This document shows, one piece after another, positions 1 through 9,325 of a DNA stretch of 64,000 nt. The translations under genes were made by a program, and so were the position numbers. Below the pieces are notes generated by a model. It saw nothing but the letters and a program-made list of their open reading frames with translations, did no database searches and was not told where the DNA came from. The stretch spans positions 2,208,001 to 2,272,000 of the forward strand of contig OY759599.1 of NCBI GenBank assembly GCA_963662465.1. The letters are read 5' to 3'. Each line of letters starts with the position of its first letter. The first letter of the stretch is position 1. The DNA is from Desulfatiglandales bacterium (lineage in GTDB: Bacteria; Desulfobacterota; DSM-4660; Desulfatiglandales; Desulfatiglandaceae).

Positions 1-185
1 GCCGATCAATCCATCGCGAATTGGAGGATAAAGGCGTCTTTGTTCAATCCAGGAGCAAACGAATTCTTAAAGAGGAAATGCCGCAAGCCTACAAGAACGT
101 ATTCCAAGTCGTTCGAGTGGTCCATGAAACCGGGCTGGCTCACAAAGTTGCCAGGTTAAGACCGTTGGGCGTTACTAAAGGTTGA
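1..185 (+). CDS. rtcB: RNA ligase RtcB, 3' end (runs off the window)
   Basis: Manual translation from base 3 gives RSIHRELEDKGVFVQSRSKRILKEEMPQAYKNVFQVVRVVHETGLAHKVARLRPLGVTKG*, matching the RtcB C-terminus (EE-x-P-x-AYK ... VARLRPLG-x-x-KG). Not in the ORF track. Confidence 0.85.
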   Translation, partial: RSIHRELEDKGVFVQSRSKRILKEEMPQAYKNVFQVVRVVHETGLAHKVARLRPLGVTKG

Positions 186-424
186 AAGGTCTGTCAGGCA
201 GCCGAAATTTTCTGTCATCATGTTTAAAAGCTATCTTTACTTTTTTGATTCCCTCAGGTCAACCAAAAAAACGACGGACCCTTTCAACGGGGTTCCATCA
301 GCCATTCCAAACGAAGATAGGCAAATTTGCCATGCCCGCAAGATAAGAAATTCTCGGTAACCGGTCAAGGACAACCCTTTTCCACTTGACGCATTCAACG
401 AATTTTCCTATTTTCCCCGTCATC

Positions 425-1234
425 ATGGAAAAAGAAAACAGAACAGCATCCATCATCCTGGCCGCCGGTCGCGGCAGCCGCATGAAAGGCTATGAGGGCA
501 ATAAAACCCTTCTACCGTTGGTTCCCGAAGCTTCACCCTTTTCGGGAAAACAGCCAATCCTGTTTCATATTATTGAAAACCTGCCGCCCGGTCCAAAGGC
601 AGTGATAGTCAACCACAAAAAAGAAGACATCCGCAAGGCGACCCGCCGCCTTGGCATCGCCTATTGCGAACAACCCGTCCTGAACGGTACCGGGGGCGCG
701 CTGCTTTCAGCCACACCTTTCCTGAAAACACGGGACTACCAGCAGGCCATCATCACCATGGGAGACGTGCCTTTTGTGGCGCCGGACACTTATTTAACGA
801 TGCTTAAAGCGCTTGAAATCCATGGTCTGGTGGTCCTGGGCTTTATGCCCAGGGACAAAAAACAATACGGCGTGCTTGAAATCCGGGAAAATCAGGTCCG
901 GAGAATCATTGAATGGAAATACTGGAAACATTATCCGGAAGAAAAACAACGGGCGTTGCCGGTCTGCAATTCAGGGATCTATGCGGCAAAAAAAGAGACC
1001 CTCCTTCATTCCCTTTCAGTCATGGCATCAAAACCCCATGTGGTGCAAAAAGAGGTTGACGGCGTTATCCGCGATCAGGAAGAATTTTTTATCACGGACA
1101 TGGTGGAACATCTGGCCGGGGAAGGACACACCGTTGGATGCATCATCGCCGCCGACGAAAACGAGGTGATGGGAATTGATGATCTTTCCGCCCTTTTAAG
1201 GGCGCAGGAAATATACCGAAGCCGCCCAAATTAA
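425..1234 (+). CDS. Sugar-phosphate nucleotidyltransferase (GlmU N-terminal-like, no acetyltransferase domain)
   Basis: IILAAGRGSRMK, EQPVLNGTGGAL, MGDVP, CNSGIY and EFFITD motifs; ATG 425 preferred over TTG 386. Confidence 0.8.
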   Translation: MEKENRTASIILAAGRGSRMKGYEGNKTLLPLVPEASPFSGKQPILFHIIENLPPGPKAVIVNHKKEDIRKATRRLGIAYCEQPVLNGTGGALLSATPFLKTRDYQQAIITMGDVPFVAPDTYLTMLKALEIHGLVVLGFMPRDKKQYGVLEIRENQVRRIIEWKYWKHYPEEKQRALPVCNSGIYAAKKETLLHSLSVMASKPHVVQKEVDGVIRDQEEFFITDMVEHLAGEGHTVGCIIAADENEVMGIDDLSALLRAQEIYRSRPN

Positions 1235-2268
1235 TCTCCGGACAAGATATGGCCGAGCTTTTCCAGGTCGCCGATGGGCCCGAGGGCGATCAATATGGTG
1301 CCGGCTTCCATTGCAACATTCGAAGATGGGTTAAAACTCATAACGCCCTCTTTGTCCCGAATGGCCACAATAATTACATTCATATCCTGTCGAATGCCCG
1401 AATCCTTTAAACGGACCCCGTTCAACTTGGATTTCTCTCCAACCTTCAACTCCTCCATTTTCAACGCAATGTTCTTATCCTGCATGGCAAAGTCAAAAAA
1501 GTCGGTCACGGCAGGCCTCAAAATCGTGTGAACCATCCTGAGCCCCCCGATCAAATAGGGCATGACCACTTTGTTGGCTCCCGCCCGAATCAACTTTTTT
1601 TCCGTCGCTTCCTGATCCGCCCGGGAAAGAATGAAAAGCCCTGGGTTCATGCCCCTGGCCGACATAGTGATAAAGAGGTTGTCGGCATCGGAAAGGACCA
1701 CCGTAACAAGACCTTTGGCCCGATGAATGCCGGCTTCCACCAGTACATCTTCGCTGGTGGCGTCATCAATGATATAGGGAATGCCGTGACTTCTCAATTT
1801 CTCCTTGGACTGGGGGTCCTGTTCGATCACCATGATGGGGATGCCGTTGGCCATCAGTTCCTGTGCAATCACCATCCCGATCCGCCCATACCCGCATAAA
1901 ATATAATGGTTCTTGATGTTTTTCAATTTTAATCCCAGCTTACGCCTGCCAATGAGATCTCGCACCTGAAATTCGACCATGATCTGTGCGACGATCCCAA
2001 GGGTATAGGCCATGATGCCCATACCCGCAAAAATAAGGAAAACCGTAAAAAGCCTTCCCGGCTCTGAAACCGTCCTCACTTCGCCATATCCTACGGTTGT
2101 AATTGTGATCACCGTCATATAGAGGGCATCCAGCAAAGGCCATCCCTCTATAAAAACATAGCCCACCGTGCCAAAAAAAAGGACCAGAGACAGCAGTAAG
2201 GCGCCCCGAATGATACTCCTGAAACCTTTGCTGGAAATGGCGTTTTCTTCACCCGTATTCTCACCCAC
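1231..2268 (-). CDS. Potassium channel with TrkA-N/TrkA-C (RCK) domains
   Basis: Two TM helices with TTVGYG selectivity filter, CGYGRIG Rossmann motif, C-terminal RCK_C domain. Confidence 0.9.
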   Translation of the reverse strand: MGENTGEENAISSKGFRSIIRGALLLSLVLFFGTVGYVFIEGWPLLDALYMTVITITTVGYGEVRTVSEPGRLFTVFLIFAGMGIMAYTLGIVAQIMVEFQVRDLIGRRKLGLKLKNIKNHYILCGYGRIGMVIAQELMANGIPIMVIEQDPQSKEKLRSHGIPYIIDDATSEDVLVEAGIHRAKGLVTVVLSDADNLFITMSARGMNPGLFILSRADQEATEKKLIRAGANKVVMPYLIGGLRMVHTILRPAVTDFFDFAMQDKNIALKMEELKVGEKSKLNGVRLKDSGIRQDMNVIIVAIRDKEGVMSFNPSSNVAMEAGTILIALGPIGDLEKLGHILSGD

Positions 2269-2270
2269 AT

Positions 2271-3311
2271 TTAAATCCCGGACGATGAACTAACCGCTTC
2301 CACGGTGAACTCACTCAGATCATCGGGAAGTTCAGCAAAAACAATCATGAAAGGAACCGTTGCGCCGGATGCCACATCAATATTTTGCCTTGCCATGCCG
2401 TCACGGTTGTCCGCTGCCTTTGTGATCTCATCCAATGGCAGCGTTTTGAGTTCCTCTTCGCTGAAGGTATTCCCCGCATAGGCGGTTTTAGCAATAACCA
2501 CACTCCCTTTATTGTTCAAGATACTCCCTTTAATCAAAATATAACGCCTGTTTTCCGGGTATTTGTTGCTAACCATCCCACGAATAACAAAGAGGGGGCC
2601 GCTTTTCTCTGAATCAACAAACACCCCGCTCACTGATCCGAACTGAAGAAGGCGGGCGCCGGCATCGGTTGCTTCCTTTTTTTCCGAAGAAGGCTTCACC
2701 AAGGAAAGCAGTGAAGGCGGAATCAAGTCGGCTTTCCACGCAACCACGGCGCCGCCGGCCCCCAAAAAAATGAGAACCAGCGGAATCACCACAGCCATGG
2801 AAAGCTTTGAGGATTTTCTTTTGGAAGACGATTCCCTTAGCAGGTCATCGTCCTTATCCGTATCATCTTCCATCGTATCCATGGAAGGAAAAGTTATAGC
2901 CGGGCGCCGACCCGATTGTTCTTCGTCCAGACCGGCTTCTTTAAATACATCCTCAAGCGCATCATCGGAACCGGTTTTCTCATCCGGACCACTGCGGTCC
3001 ACTTCCCTGAAAACATCCCGGTAAATAACGTCCAGGTCCGATTCCAACCCCAACCCCGTGCCGTTTTCTTTATCCTTTTGGCCGCCCTTTTCAACTTCGG
3101 CAATGACGGCATCCTTCTTTTCCACTGAGGCGGGGTCAAATTCTTCAAAAACGTCGGAAATTTCCACCTTTTCATCGGTTGGCGCAAGCGCCGAAGGGTA
3201 GGCGGTAAAAACATGGCGACATCGCGAGCATCTGACTTTTGTCCCCTCTTCCTTGAGCAAGGATTCATCGAGATTAAATACAGTTCGGCAGCTTTCACAC
3301 TGGATGACCAT
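2271..3311 (-). CDS. Zinc-ribbon (MJ0042-type) membrane protein with DUF3426-like C-terminal domain
   Basis: CESC...KVRCSRC N-terminus, acidic linker, one TM helix, periplasmic domain ending PFMIVF. Confidence 0.75.
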   Translation of the reverse strand: MVIQCESCRTVFNLDESLLKEEGTKVRCSRCRHVFTAYPSALAPTDEKVEISDVFEEFDPASVEKKDAVIAEVEKGGQKDKENGTGLGLESDLDVIYRDVFREVDRSGPDEKTGSDDALEDVFKEAGLDEEQSGRRPAITFPSMDTMEDDTDKDDDLLRESSSKRKSSKLSMAVVIPLVLIFLGAGGAVVAWKADLIPPSLLSLVKPSSEKKEATDAGARLLQFGSVSGVFVDSEKSGPLFVIRGMVSNKYPENRRYILIKGSILNNKGSVVIAKTAYAGNTFSEEELKTLPLDEITKAADNRDGMARQNIDVASGATVPFMIVFAELPDDLSEFTVEAVSSSSGI

Positions 3312-3365
3312 AATACCCTCCCACGTAATGTATTTATCCTGCCTTAAAGCCTATTTAGCGGCCTT

Positions 3366-3893
3366 TTATTTCAAGCGGTAGATCTCAGGTAAATAGCGGT
3401 ATTCTTCATTACAATCAAGTCCGTAACCCACCAGAAAACCATCTTGAATCCGGAATCCGCAATAATCCACAAAAACATCTTTTTCTTTTCGTTCCAGTTT
3501 GTCAATCAGCGCACAGATTTTGAGAGAAGATGCTCCTCTTCGCTCAAATTGTTCTTTTAAATATGAAAGCGTTAACCCGGAATCTACAATGTCCTCAATC
3601 AAAATGACGGGTTTCCCCACAATAGGGATTTCAATATCTTTGGTCAGCCGAACCGATCCGCTGGACTGCATCTGAGAACCATAGCTGGCCGCCCGCACAA
3701 AATCCATTTTGGTAGGGATGCGTATGGCTCGCATTAAATCCGCAAAGAAAAAAATAGCGCCGTTAAGGACTCCGATCAAGACCGGCTCCTCCCCCTCATA
3801 ATCGGAGCTGATCTTTATTGCAAGCTCCAGAACACGCTGCTGAATCGCTTCCTTTGAAATACACAGTTCCCTTTCCAATCTCTCCCCTTTCAA
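3366..3893 (-). CDS. hpt: Hypoxanthine phosphoribosyltransferase
   Basis: GVLNGAIFF, LIEDIVDSGLTL PRPP-binding motif, FLVGYGLD; start codon uncertain (TTG). Confidence 0.93.
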   Translation of the reverse strand: MKGERLERELCISKEAIQQRVLELAIKISSDYEGEEPVLIGVLNGAIFFFADLMRAIRIPTKMDFVRAASYGSQMQSSGSVRLTKDIEIPIVGKPVILIEDIVDSGLTLSYLKEQFERRGASSLKICALIDKLERKEKDVFVDYCGFRIQDGFLVGYGLDCNEEYRYLPEIYRLK

Positions 3894-3914
3894 CGGTTTT
3901 GAAGGTAACCCCTC

Positions 3915-4010
3915 ATGACAAGAGGGTTTGCCACCCCCGCGGCTGAAAATAACATCTACCGCTTTTAAGCTAACAGCTAATCGCTAACGGCTGTATTTTC
4001 ATTGTAAAAC
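3915..4010. repeat. Dispersed ~100 bp intergenic repeat, copy 1 (three GCTAAC(A/G)-type heptamers)
   Basis: Closely matches 9202-9303; internal inverted repeat TGAAAATA...TATTTTCA. Confidence 0.85.
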
Positions 4011-4048
4011 ATATGAAAATACCATGTTTTTGTCAAACAATTGGCGCA

Positions 4049-4480
4049 TCACGACTTTTCGTCTAAAAAAGGCAGCCGTTCCCTTTTTCGGTAGGCAAGG
4101 GCCTGACAGGAAGCAATCAGCGTACCCTTTTCATCGGTAACGTTGATATCATAGGTGGCTGTTTTTTTTGAACGATGTCGTTCTCTGGATTCAGCCCTCA
4201 GTGTGCAATTAAACTCAGCCGGCGCATGGAACGTCACATTCACATTAAGGGCTACGGCCATCCTTCCGTGGGAATTGCATGAAACTTGAAATGCCTCATC
4301 CATCAGTGAAAAAATGGCGGCGCCATGAACCATACCGAAAATGTTGGCGACATCACTTTTGGGCCTCATCTCCACCACGGCGCGACCGGACGACAATTCG
4401 ACCAGTTTTAACCCCAATTTTTCCGCATAACCCTCAGTAGATACCCGCTCCATGATGGCGGATTTCACTTTTTCATCCAT
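4049..4480 (-). CDS. PaaI-family hotdog-fold acyl-CoA thioesterase
   Basis: NIFGMVHGAAIFSLMDEA motif; ATG at 4480. Confidence 0.88.
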   Translation of the reverse strand: MDEKVKSAIMERVSTEGYAEKLGLKLVELSSGRAVVEMRPKSDVANIFGMVHGAAIFSLMDEAFQVSCNSHGRMAVALNVNVTFHAPAEFNCTLRAESRERHRSKKTATYDINVTDEKGTLIASCQALAYRKRERLPFLDEKS

Positions 4481-4482
4481 GG

Positions 4483-6831
4483 TCAATCTTCGCTCCCTTC
4501 TTTTCCAGAAACTCCCGTTTTAGGTAGAGACAAGGCATGCCTTGTCTCTCCCCCCCCCCCCGCGGAAGGAAAAACCACCGTAAACATGCTTCCGCCGGAA
4601 TGGTAACAATCAAGGGGCGTCTTACAATACTTGCACTGTGCAATATCCCCGGGACAAAAATCTTTCTCCTGGGACAAAAACCCGCACCGCGACGAAATCA
4701 TATCAATCTTAAAATTATAGCGCTCAGAAAAAATTTTCATACGTAATAAATCCGCTCCCTTGCCGCCGGCATTGAAATCGAATTCCCGTTTCGATGAATA
4801 ATCCATGGTACTCTGGGTGACCCAGAAGCCTTCAAAGATACGGCGCCGATCATCACCCGTGATCCCCACGCCGTAATCACGGACCACCAATTCCACGCTT
4901 TCTCCAACCGTTTGAACGTTGATCTCGACCTTTCCACCGTCCGGCGTATTCTCGATGGCATTCTTGATGAGCCCGAAAACGATCTTTTCCAAAACCGCCG
5001 CCGGCAAAAAAATGGGCGGAACATCTCCAAGATGGCAAATGAAATCGATATTTCGGCCACAAGATTCTACTTTGACCGTTTCCATTGCATCGGAAACAAA
5101 CCGATCCAGTAGAATTGCCTCCGGATCATCCTGTTTGGGTAGAAAGACGTCGTCAATCCGCTTTCTCAATTTTACGATAGAGACGCCCTCGCCCGTATCT
5201 TCTGCCACAAAGGACTCTAAAACGTCAATACACTCCTCCAGCAATACGGACATCAGATTGTGTGCATCATAGTGTTTCGCCTGCATAATGTCTTCCACTT
5301 CATACTGCAATTGAAGGATGCGGTCCAGATTGCGTCTAGCCCGTTTCATGGTGGGTTCCCAACGCGTCTCCGGCAATGTTGCCAGTCTTTTCCCCAGGAT
5401 ATTCATGGAAGCGCCCAACACTGCTACCGGCGTCTTCAATTCGTGGGAAAGATGATTGATCACCTTGTCCTTGGCCCGGCTCAGACCCGAAACTTCCTTG
5501 TAGGACTCTGTCAGGGCCTTTTTAAACCGTGCGTTTTCAATGGAAAGGGCAACGGTTCCCGAAATGGTATTCAGCACTTCGATATCCGTTTCATCGAAAT
5601 CCCCTCGCTTCTTATTGATGACGCATAACACCCCGATAATCCGGTCGCCGCTTCTTAAAGGGACATCCAGCATGTTTTTGGTTTGAAAACCGGCCTGTGC
5701 ATCCGCCACGGAATAATAATCGGAATCACTGGAAACATTCGTGACCAAAACCGGCTTGCCGGTGCGAATCACTTTGCCGGAGACCCCTTTGTCAGCCGGG
5801 TAACGGACCTCCTTTGCCCTTTTTTCGGTGGCAAGATCGTCATGGGCCGCACTCTTGAAATAGAGTTCGCCGGTTTCTTCATCCAGCAGGATCACCAGTG
5901 CCCCCTCGGCCTCCAGAAGGTTCTTGATTTCCCCACCGATATAGCTCAACAGATGGTCCAAATCAGAATATTCGGGAAGGGCCAGACTGGTACGCAGCAA
6001 TGCTTCGTTATTTCGTTGTATCCGTTTTTCCTGGGAAATATCCCGCAAAAGCGCCAGAAACCCCGAGGGTTTCCCTTCGGTTTCAGCATACACCGCAACA
6101 CTGAAAACCACATCCAGAACCCTGCCGTCCTTTGTGAGGCGCTGGGTTTCCTGGCGCAGGATGACCCGATCCCGCAACAGTTTTTCCCTGCTTTCACTGA
6201 CGGATTGTTCAAGATGGGCGGGAATATAGGGAATTTTTTTCCCCACCAGCTCCGACAAATGCCACCCGAAAGTTTCCGTAAACGCCGGATTCAGATAGGA
6301 AACCCGTCTGTCCAGTGTAAACACCACGATGGGGTACAGCAGAAAGTCAAGGAGGGTTCGAAATCGTCTTTCAGATGCCTCCAGTGCCCTCCGGGTCTTA
6401 AAACGACTGGTGACATCCCTGGCAATGCCGCGAAACCCCACGGTCTTACCATCTTTAGCGACAATCAAATTGGCCGAGAGCTCAATCATTCGGGTCTCAC
6501 CACTCTTGGCCTTGAATTTCCACATGAGATCGGAAAACCCCTTGCCGGTTCGATGAATCCGATTAAAGGTTTCAAGGGCTTTTTTTGCATGGACCGGTCT
6601 CATGAATTTCGAGAAATTCTGAAAGCGTACCTCTTCCGGTGGATATCCCAAAACCCTGCAAAAAGAGTTGTTAAAATAGAGAAAGTTACCCAGAAGATCC
6701 ACCTCGTAAACGCCTTCCTCAATATTTTCAATAAAGGCCTGGTAACGTTCACTGGAGACGCGGTCGCAGGAAACCGGAAGGCTTTCTTCAGAGACACTGC
6801 TTTCATTTTCGATTTTCTCGGAGTTTTTCAT
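4483..6831 (-). CDS. PAS-PAS-GAF sensor histidine kinase
   Basis: Two PAS domains, GAF, SHELKTP H-box, LIKNAIE N-box, VRDYGVG G1 box. Confidence 0.9.
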   Translation of the reverse strand: MKNSEKIENESSVSEESLPVSCDRVSSERYQAFIENIEEGVYEVDLLGNFLYFNNSFCRVLGYPPEEVRFQNFSKFMRPVHAKKALETFNRIHRTGKGFSDLMWKFKAKSGETRMIELSANLIVAKDGKTVGFRGIARDVTSRFKTRRALEASERRFRTLLDFLLYPIVVFTLDRRVSYLNPAFTETFGWHLSELVGKKIPYIPAHLEQSVSESREKLLRDRVILRQETQRLTKDGRVLDVVFSVAVYAETEGKPSGFLALLRDISQEKRIQRNNEALLRTSLALPEYSDLDHLLSYIGGEIKNLLEAEGALVILLDEETGELYFKSAAHDDLATEKRAKEVRYPADKGVSGKVIRTGKPVLVTNVSSDSDYYSVADAQAGFQTKNMLDVPLRSGDRIIGVLCVINKKRGDFDETDIEVLNTISGTVALSIENARFKKALTESYKEVSGLSRAKDKVINHLSHELKTPVAVLGASMNILGKRLATLPETRWEPTMKRARRNLDRILQLQYEVEDIMQAKHYDAHNLMSVLLEECIDVLESFVAEDTGEGVSIVKLRKRIDDVFLPKQDDPEAILLDRFVSDAMETVKVESCGRNIDFICHLGDVPPIFLPAAVLEKIVFGLIKNAIENTPDGGKVEINVQTVGESVELVVRDYGVGITGDDRRRIFEGFWVTQSTMDYSSKREFDFNAGGKGADLLRMKIFSERYNFKIDMISSRCGFLSQEKDFCPGDIAQCKYCKTPLDCYHSGGSMFTVVFPSAGGGGETRHALSLPKTGVSGKEGSED
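4524..4561. repeat. GTAG-type REP-like palindrome followed by a C12 homopolymer, inside the kinase 3' end
   Basis: Perfect 24-bp palindrome AGAGACAAGGCATGCCTTGTCTCT (4526-4549), GTAG at 4524, C run at 4550-4561. Confidence 0.75.
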
Positions 6832-6987
6832 GAAGCCCTGATCTCCTAAATTTTTATCCGTTTTTTTTTGCCTTTTGAAAAATTTCCTTATAGTATAAAA
6901 AAATAAATCTTTTTACAATATTCTACTACAACCTCTTTTTGCACAAAGATTGATTCGCAAAACACGAAAAATAGAGGGACCATTGAG

Positions 6988-7629
6988 ATGACCAAAATCC
7001 AAAAGATACCCAAGGCAACCATCACCCGGCTTTCCATGTACTACCGGCAACTGGAACTGCTGGAGTTTGACGGGTATCGAATGGTTTCCTCTGAGAAAAT
7101 GGCATGGTTATGCCAGATCAATCCGGCGCAAGTGAGAAAAGACCTCGGCTATTTTGGAGAATTCGGCATCAGGGGTGTGGGTTATGATGTCATTGAACTT
7201 CAAACTCAAATTAAGAAAATACTGTCCGTCAATCGAGACTGGAATCTTGGCATTGTCGGGATAGGCAACATGGGATGCGCAATTTTGCTGCACAGAAACC
7301 TGGCTCTCAGAGGCTTCAAGTGTGTCGCGGCATTTGACAATTCCCCGGACAAAATTGGAAACCCGCTTCCCGGGGGGATGAAAATACGGGATATCAAGGA
7401 ATTGAAAACAGCCATCAGGGATCTGGACATTGAAATCGGCGTGATCACCACCCCGGTTTCCGAGGCCCAGAAGGCAGCGGATCTCTTGCTGGATGGCCAT
7501 GTGAACGCTATTTTGAATTTCGCGCCCACCCGCATCAAGGTACCCGACTGCTGCCTGGTTGAAAATATCGAATTTACGGTTATCCTGGACATCCTGGCTT
7601 ACAAACTCCATCAGAAAATGGCCGCTTAA
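6988..7629 (+). CDS. rex: Redox-sensing transcriptional repressor Rex
   Basis: IPKATITRLSMY, QVRKDLGYFGEFGIRGVGY, GIGNMG, ILNFAP. Confidence 0.95.
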   Translation: MTKIQKIPKATITRLSMYYRQLELLEFDGYRMVSSEKMAWLCQINPAQVRKDLGYFGEFGIRGVGYDVIELQTQIKKILSVNRDWNLGIVGIGNMGCAILLHRNLALRGFKCVAAFDNSPDKIGNPLPGGMKIRDIKELKTAIRDLDIEIGVITTPVSEAQKAADLLLDGHVNAILNFAPTRIKVPDCCLVENIEFTVILDILAYKLHQKMAA

Positions 7630-7677
7630 GGCTTAGGAAATAACAATGGTTAATAAAAAAACAGGGAGGAAAAATTT

Positions 7678-8760
7678 GTGAAAAAACTAATGGTAATCAT
7701 CATCGGACTTTTTTCCGTCGCCCTCTGGGTAAACGTAGCTTTCTGCCAAAACGATGTGGGACCCAGAATGGTGGTCGAGGAACGGGAATTCGATTTTAAA
7801 GAGGTCAAAGAGGGAACAACCCTGGAACATGCCTTTATAATCCGCAACAAAGGCAATGAACCCCTTGAAATCATCAGCGTCAGACCCGGCTGAGGCTGTG
7901 CGGTGGCCAATTTTGACAAGGCCATTCCTCCGGGTGAGGAAGGAAAGATAACGCTTAAGGTCAGAACCAAAGGATATCAGGGAATGATTCGCAAGGCTGC
8001 CAGGGTCAAAACCAACGACCCAGCCAACCAAAATGTGGTGCTGGTGGTCAAAGCCATCGTCAAAACCCCCATTTATGTATCTTCCCGGTATGTTCGGTTT
8101 TCCGGCAAGGGGGATCGGGAGATCGGAAAAACCATTAAAATCCGTGGGGAACTGGATAAGCCCCTGAATCTCACGGTGGCTGATTTCACCCTTAAAGACA
8201 AGCTGAAATACACCATTGAAACCATTCTGAAGGAAAAAGAATACCAGATTCAGTTCGCATATCTACCCACCATCAAAGAAAATTTCAACGGAATCCTGAA
8301 AATCAAAACCGACTATCCGGAAATGCCGGAGATTACCATTGTGATTCATGGCCAATTTAACCAAACCCGCCCCCCTGGAAATGCCGGATTACAAAACATG
8401 AAAAAGAGGGCGCCGGCAAAGCCCCCAACCGTCATTAAGGCGCCTATTTACGTTTCTTCTCGCTATATCCGACTTTACGGGAAAAAAAATGAGGAAATCA
8501 GCAAGGTTGCGGAAGTACATGCAAAACTGGATAAGCCCTTGAATCTCACGGTGGCTGATTTCACCCTTAAAGACAAGCTGAAATACACCATTGAAACCAT
8601 GGAAAATGGGAAAAAGTACCAAATAAAATTTACGACCTTACCGGGCGTCAATCACAAGTACAATGGTATTTTGAAATTGAAAACCAATTATCCGGAGATG
8701 CCGGCAATCACCTTCGTCATTCATGGTCGATTCATGGAAAGCAAAGATAATGTCCAATAG
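7678..8760 (+). CDS. Secreted DUF1573-like Ig-domain protein, candidate selenoprotein (UGA 7891-7893, 360 aa)
   Basis: ORFs 7678-7893 and 7903-8760 share a frame. Read-through gives signal peptide + [50 protein letters not shown], with U at the first Cys of the family CGC motif. Confidence 0.8.
7903..7941 (+). promoter_or_regulatory. Candidate SECIS region for UGA 7891
   Basis: Stem GTGGCC/GGCCAT (7903-7925) with a weak upper stem and G at 7915; second hairpin TTCCTC-CGGGT-GAGGAA (7925-7941). Confidence 0.4.
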
Positions 8761-9205
8761 TCCACAAAAAGTGGTTGAAATTTTTACGGATGGCGCCTGC
8801 AGCGGCAATCCGGGGCCGGGAGGGTACGGCGCCCTGCTTAAATGCGGCCCAACGACAAAAGAGATTTCGGGCTGTGAACCGGACACCACCAACAACCGTA
8901 TGGAGATGATGGCCGTCATTGAGGCCCTTCGCCGGCTCAAGCGTCCGTGCCGTATCATTCTGACAACGGATTCTCAATATGTCATGAAGGGAATGACCCA
9001 GTGGATTCATGGCTGGATCAAGAAAAACTGGATGAATTCCCAGAAAAAGCCCGTCCTGAACAAGGACCTTTGGGAGGAAATGCTGCAGTTGAGCAAGCCT
9101 CATCAGATCCAATGGAAATGGGTCAGAGGACACCAGGGACATACTGAGAATGAACGTTGCGATTATCTGGCCACAGAGGCCCTTAAAAAATGCAAACCTT
9201 TATGA
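8750..9205 (+). CDS. rnhA: Ribonuclease HI
   Basis: [42 protein letters not shown]. Confidence 0.97.
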   Translation: MSNSPQKVVEIFTDGACSGNPGPGGYGALLKCGPTTKEISGCEPDTTNNRMEMMAVIEALRRLKRPCRIILTTDSQYVMKGMTQWIHGWIKKNWMNSQKKPVLNKDLWEEMLQLSKPHQIQWKWVRGHQGHTENERCDYLATEALKKCKPL

Positions 9206-9303
9206 CAAGGGATTTGCCGCTCCCGCGAATGAAAATAACATCTACCGCTTTTAAGCTAACAGCTAACGGCTAACGGCTAACAGCTGTATTTTCATGGTAA
9301 AAC
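9202..9303. repeat. Dispersed ~100 bp intergenic repeat, copy 2 (four heptamers), overlapping the rnhA stop codon
   Basis: Matches 3915-4010 with one extra heptamer. Confidence 0.85.
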
Positions 9304-9325
9304 GCATTGATACGGAGCTTCCAAG

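Noticed and set aside
425..1234. Calling this gene glmU
   Set aside because: It lacks the left-handed beta-helix acetyltransferase domain; substrate unknown.
5683..6849. 388 aa + strand ORF
   Set aside because: Antisense shadow of the sensor kinase, with no motifs.
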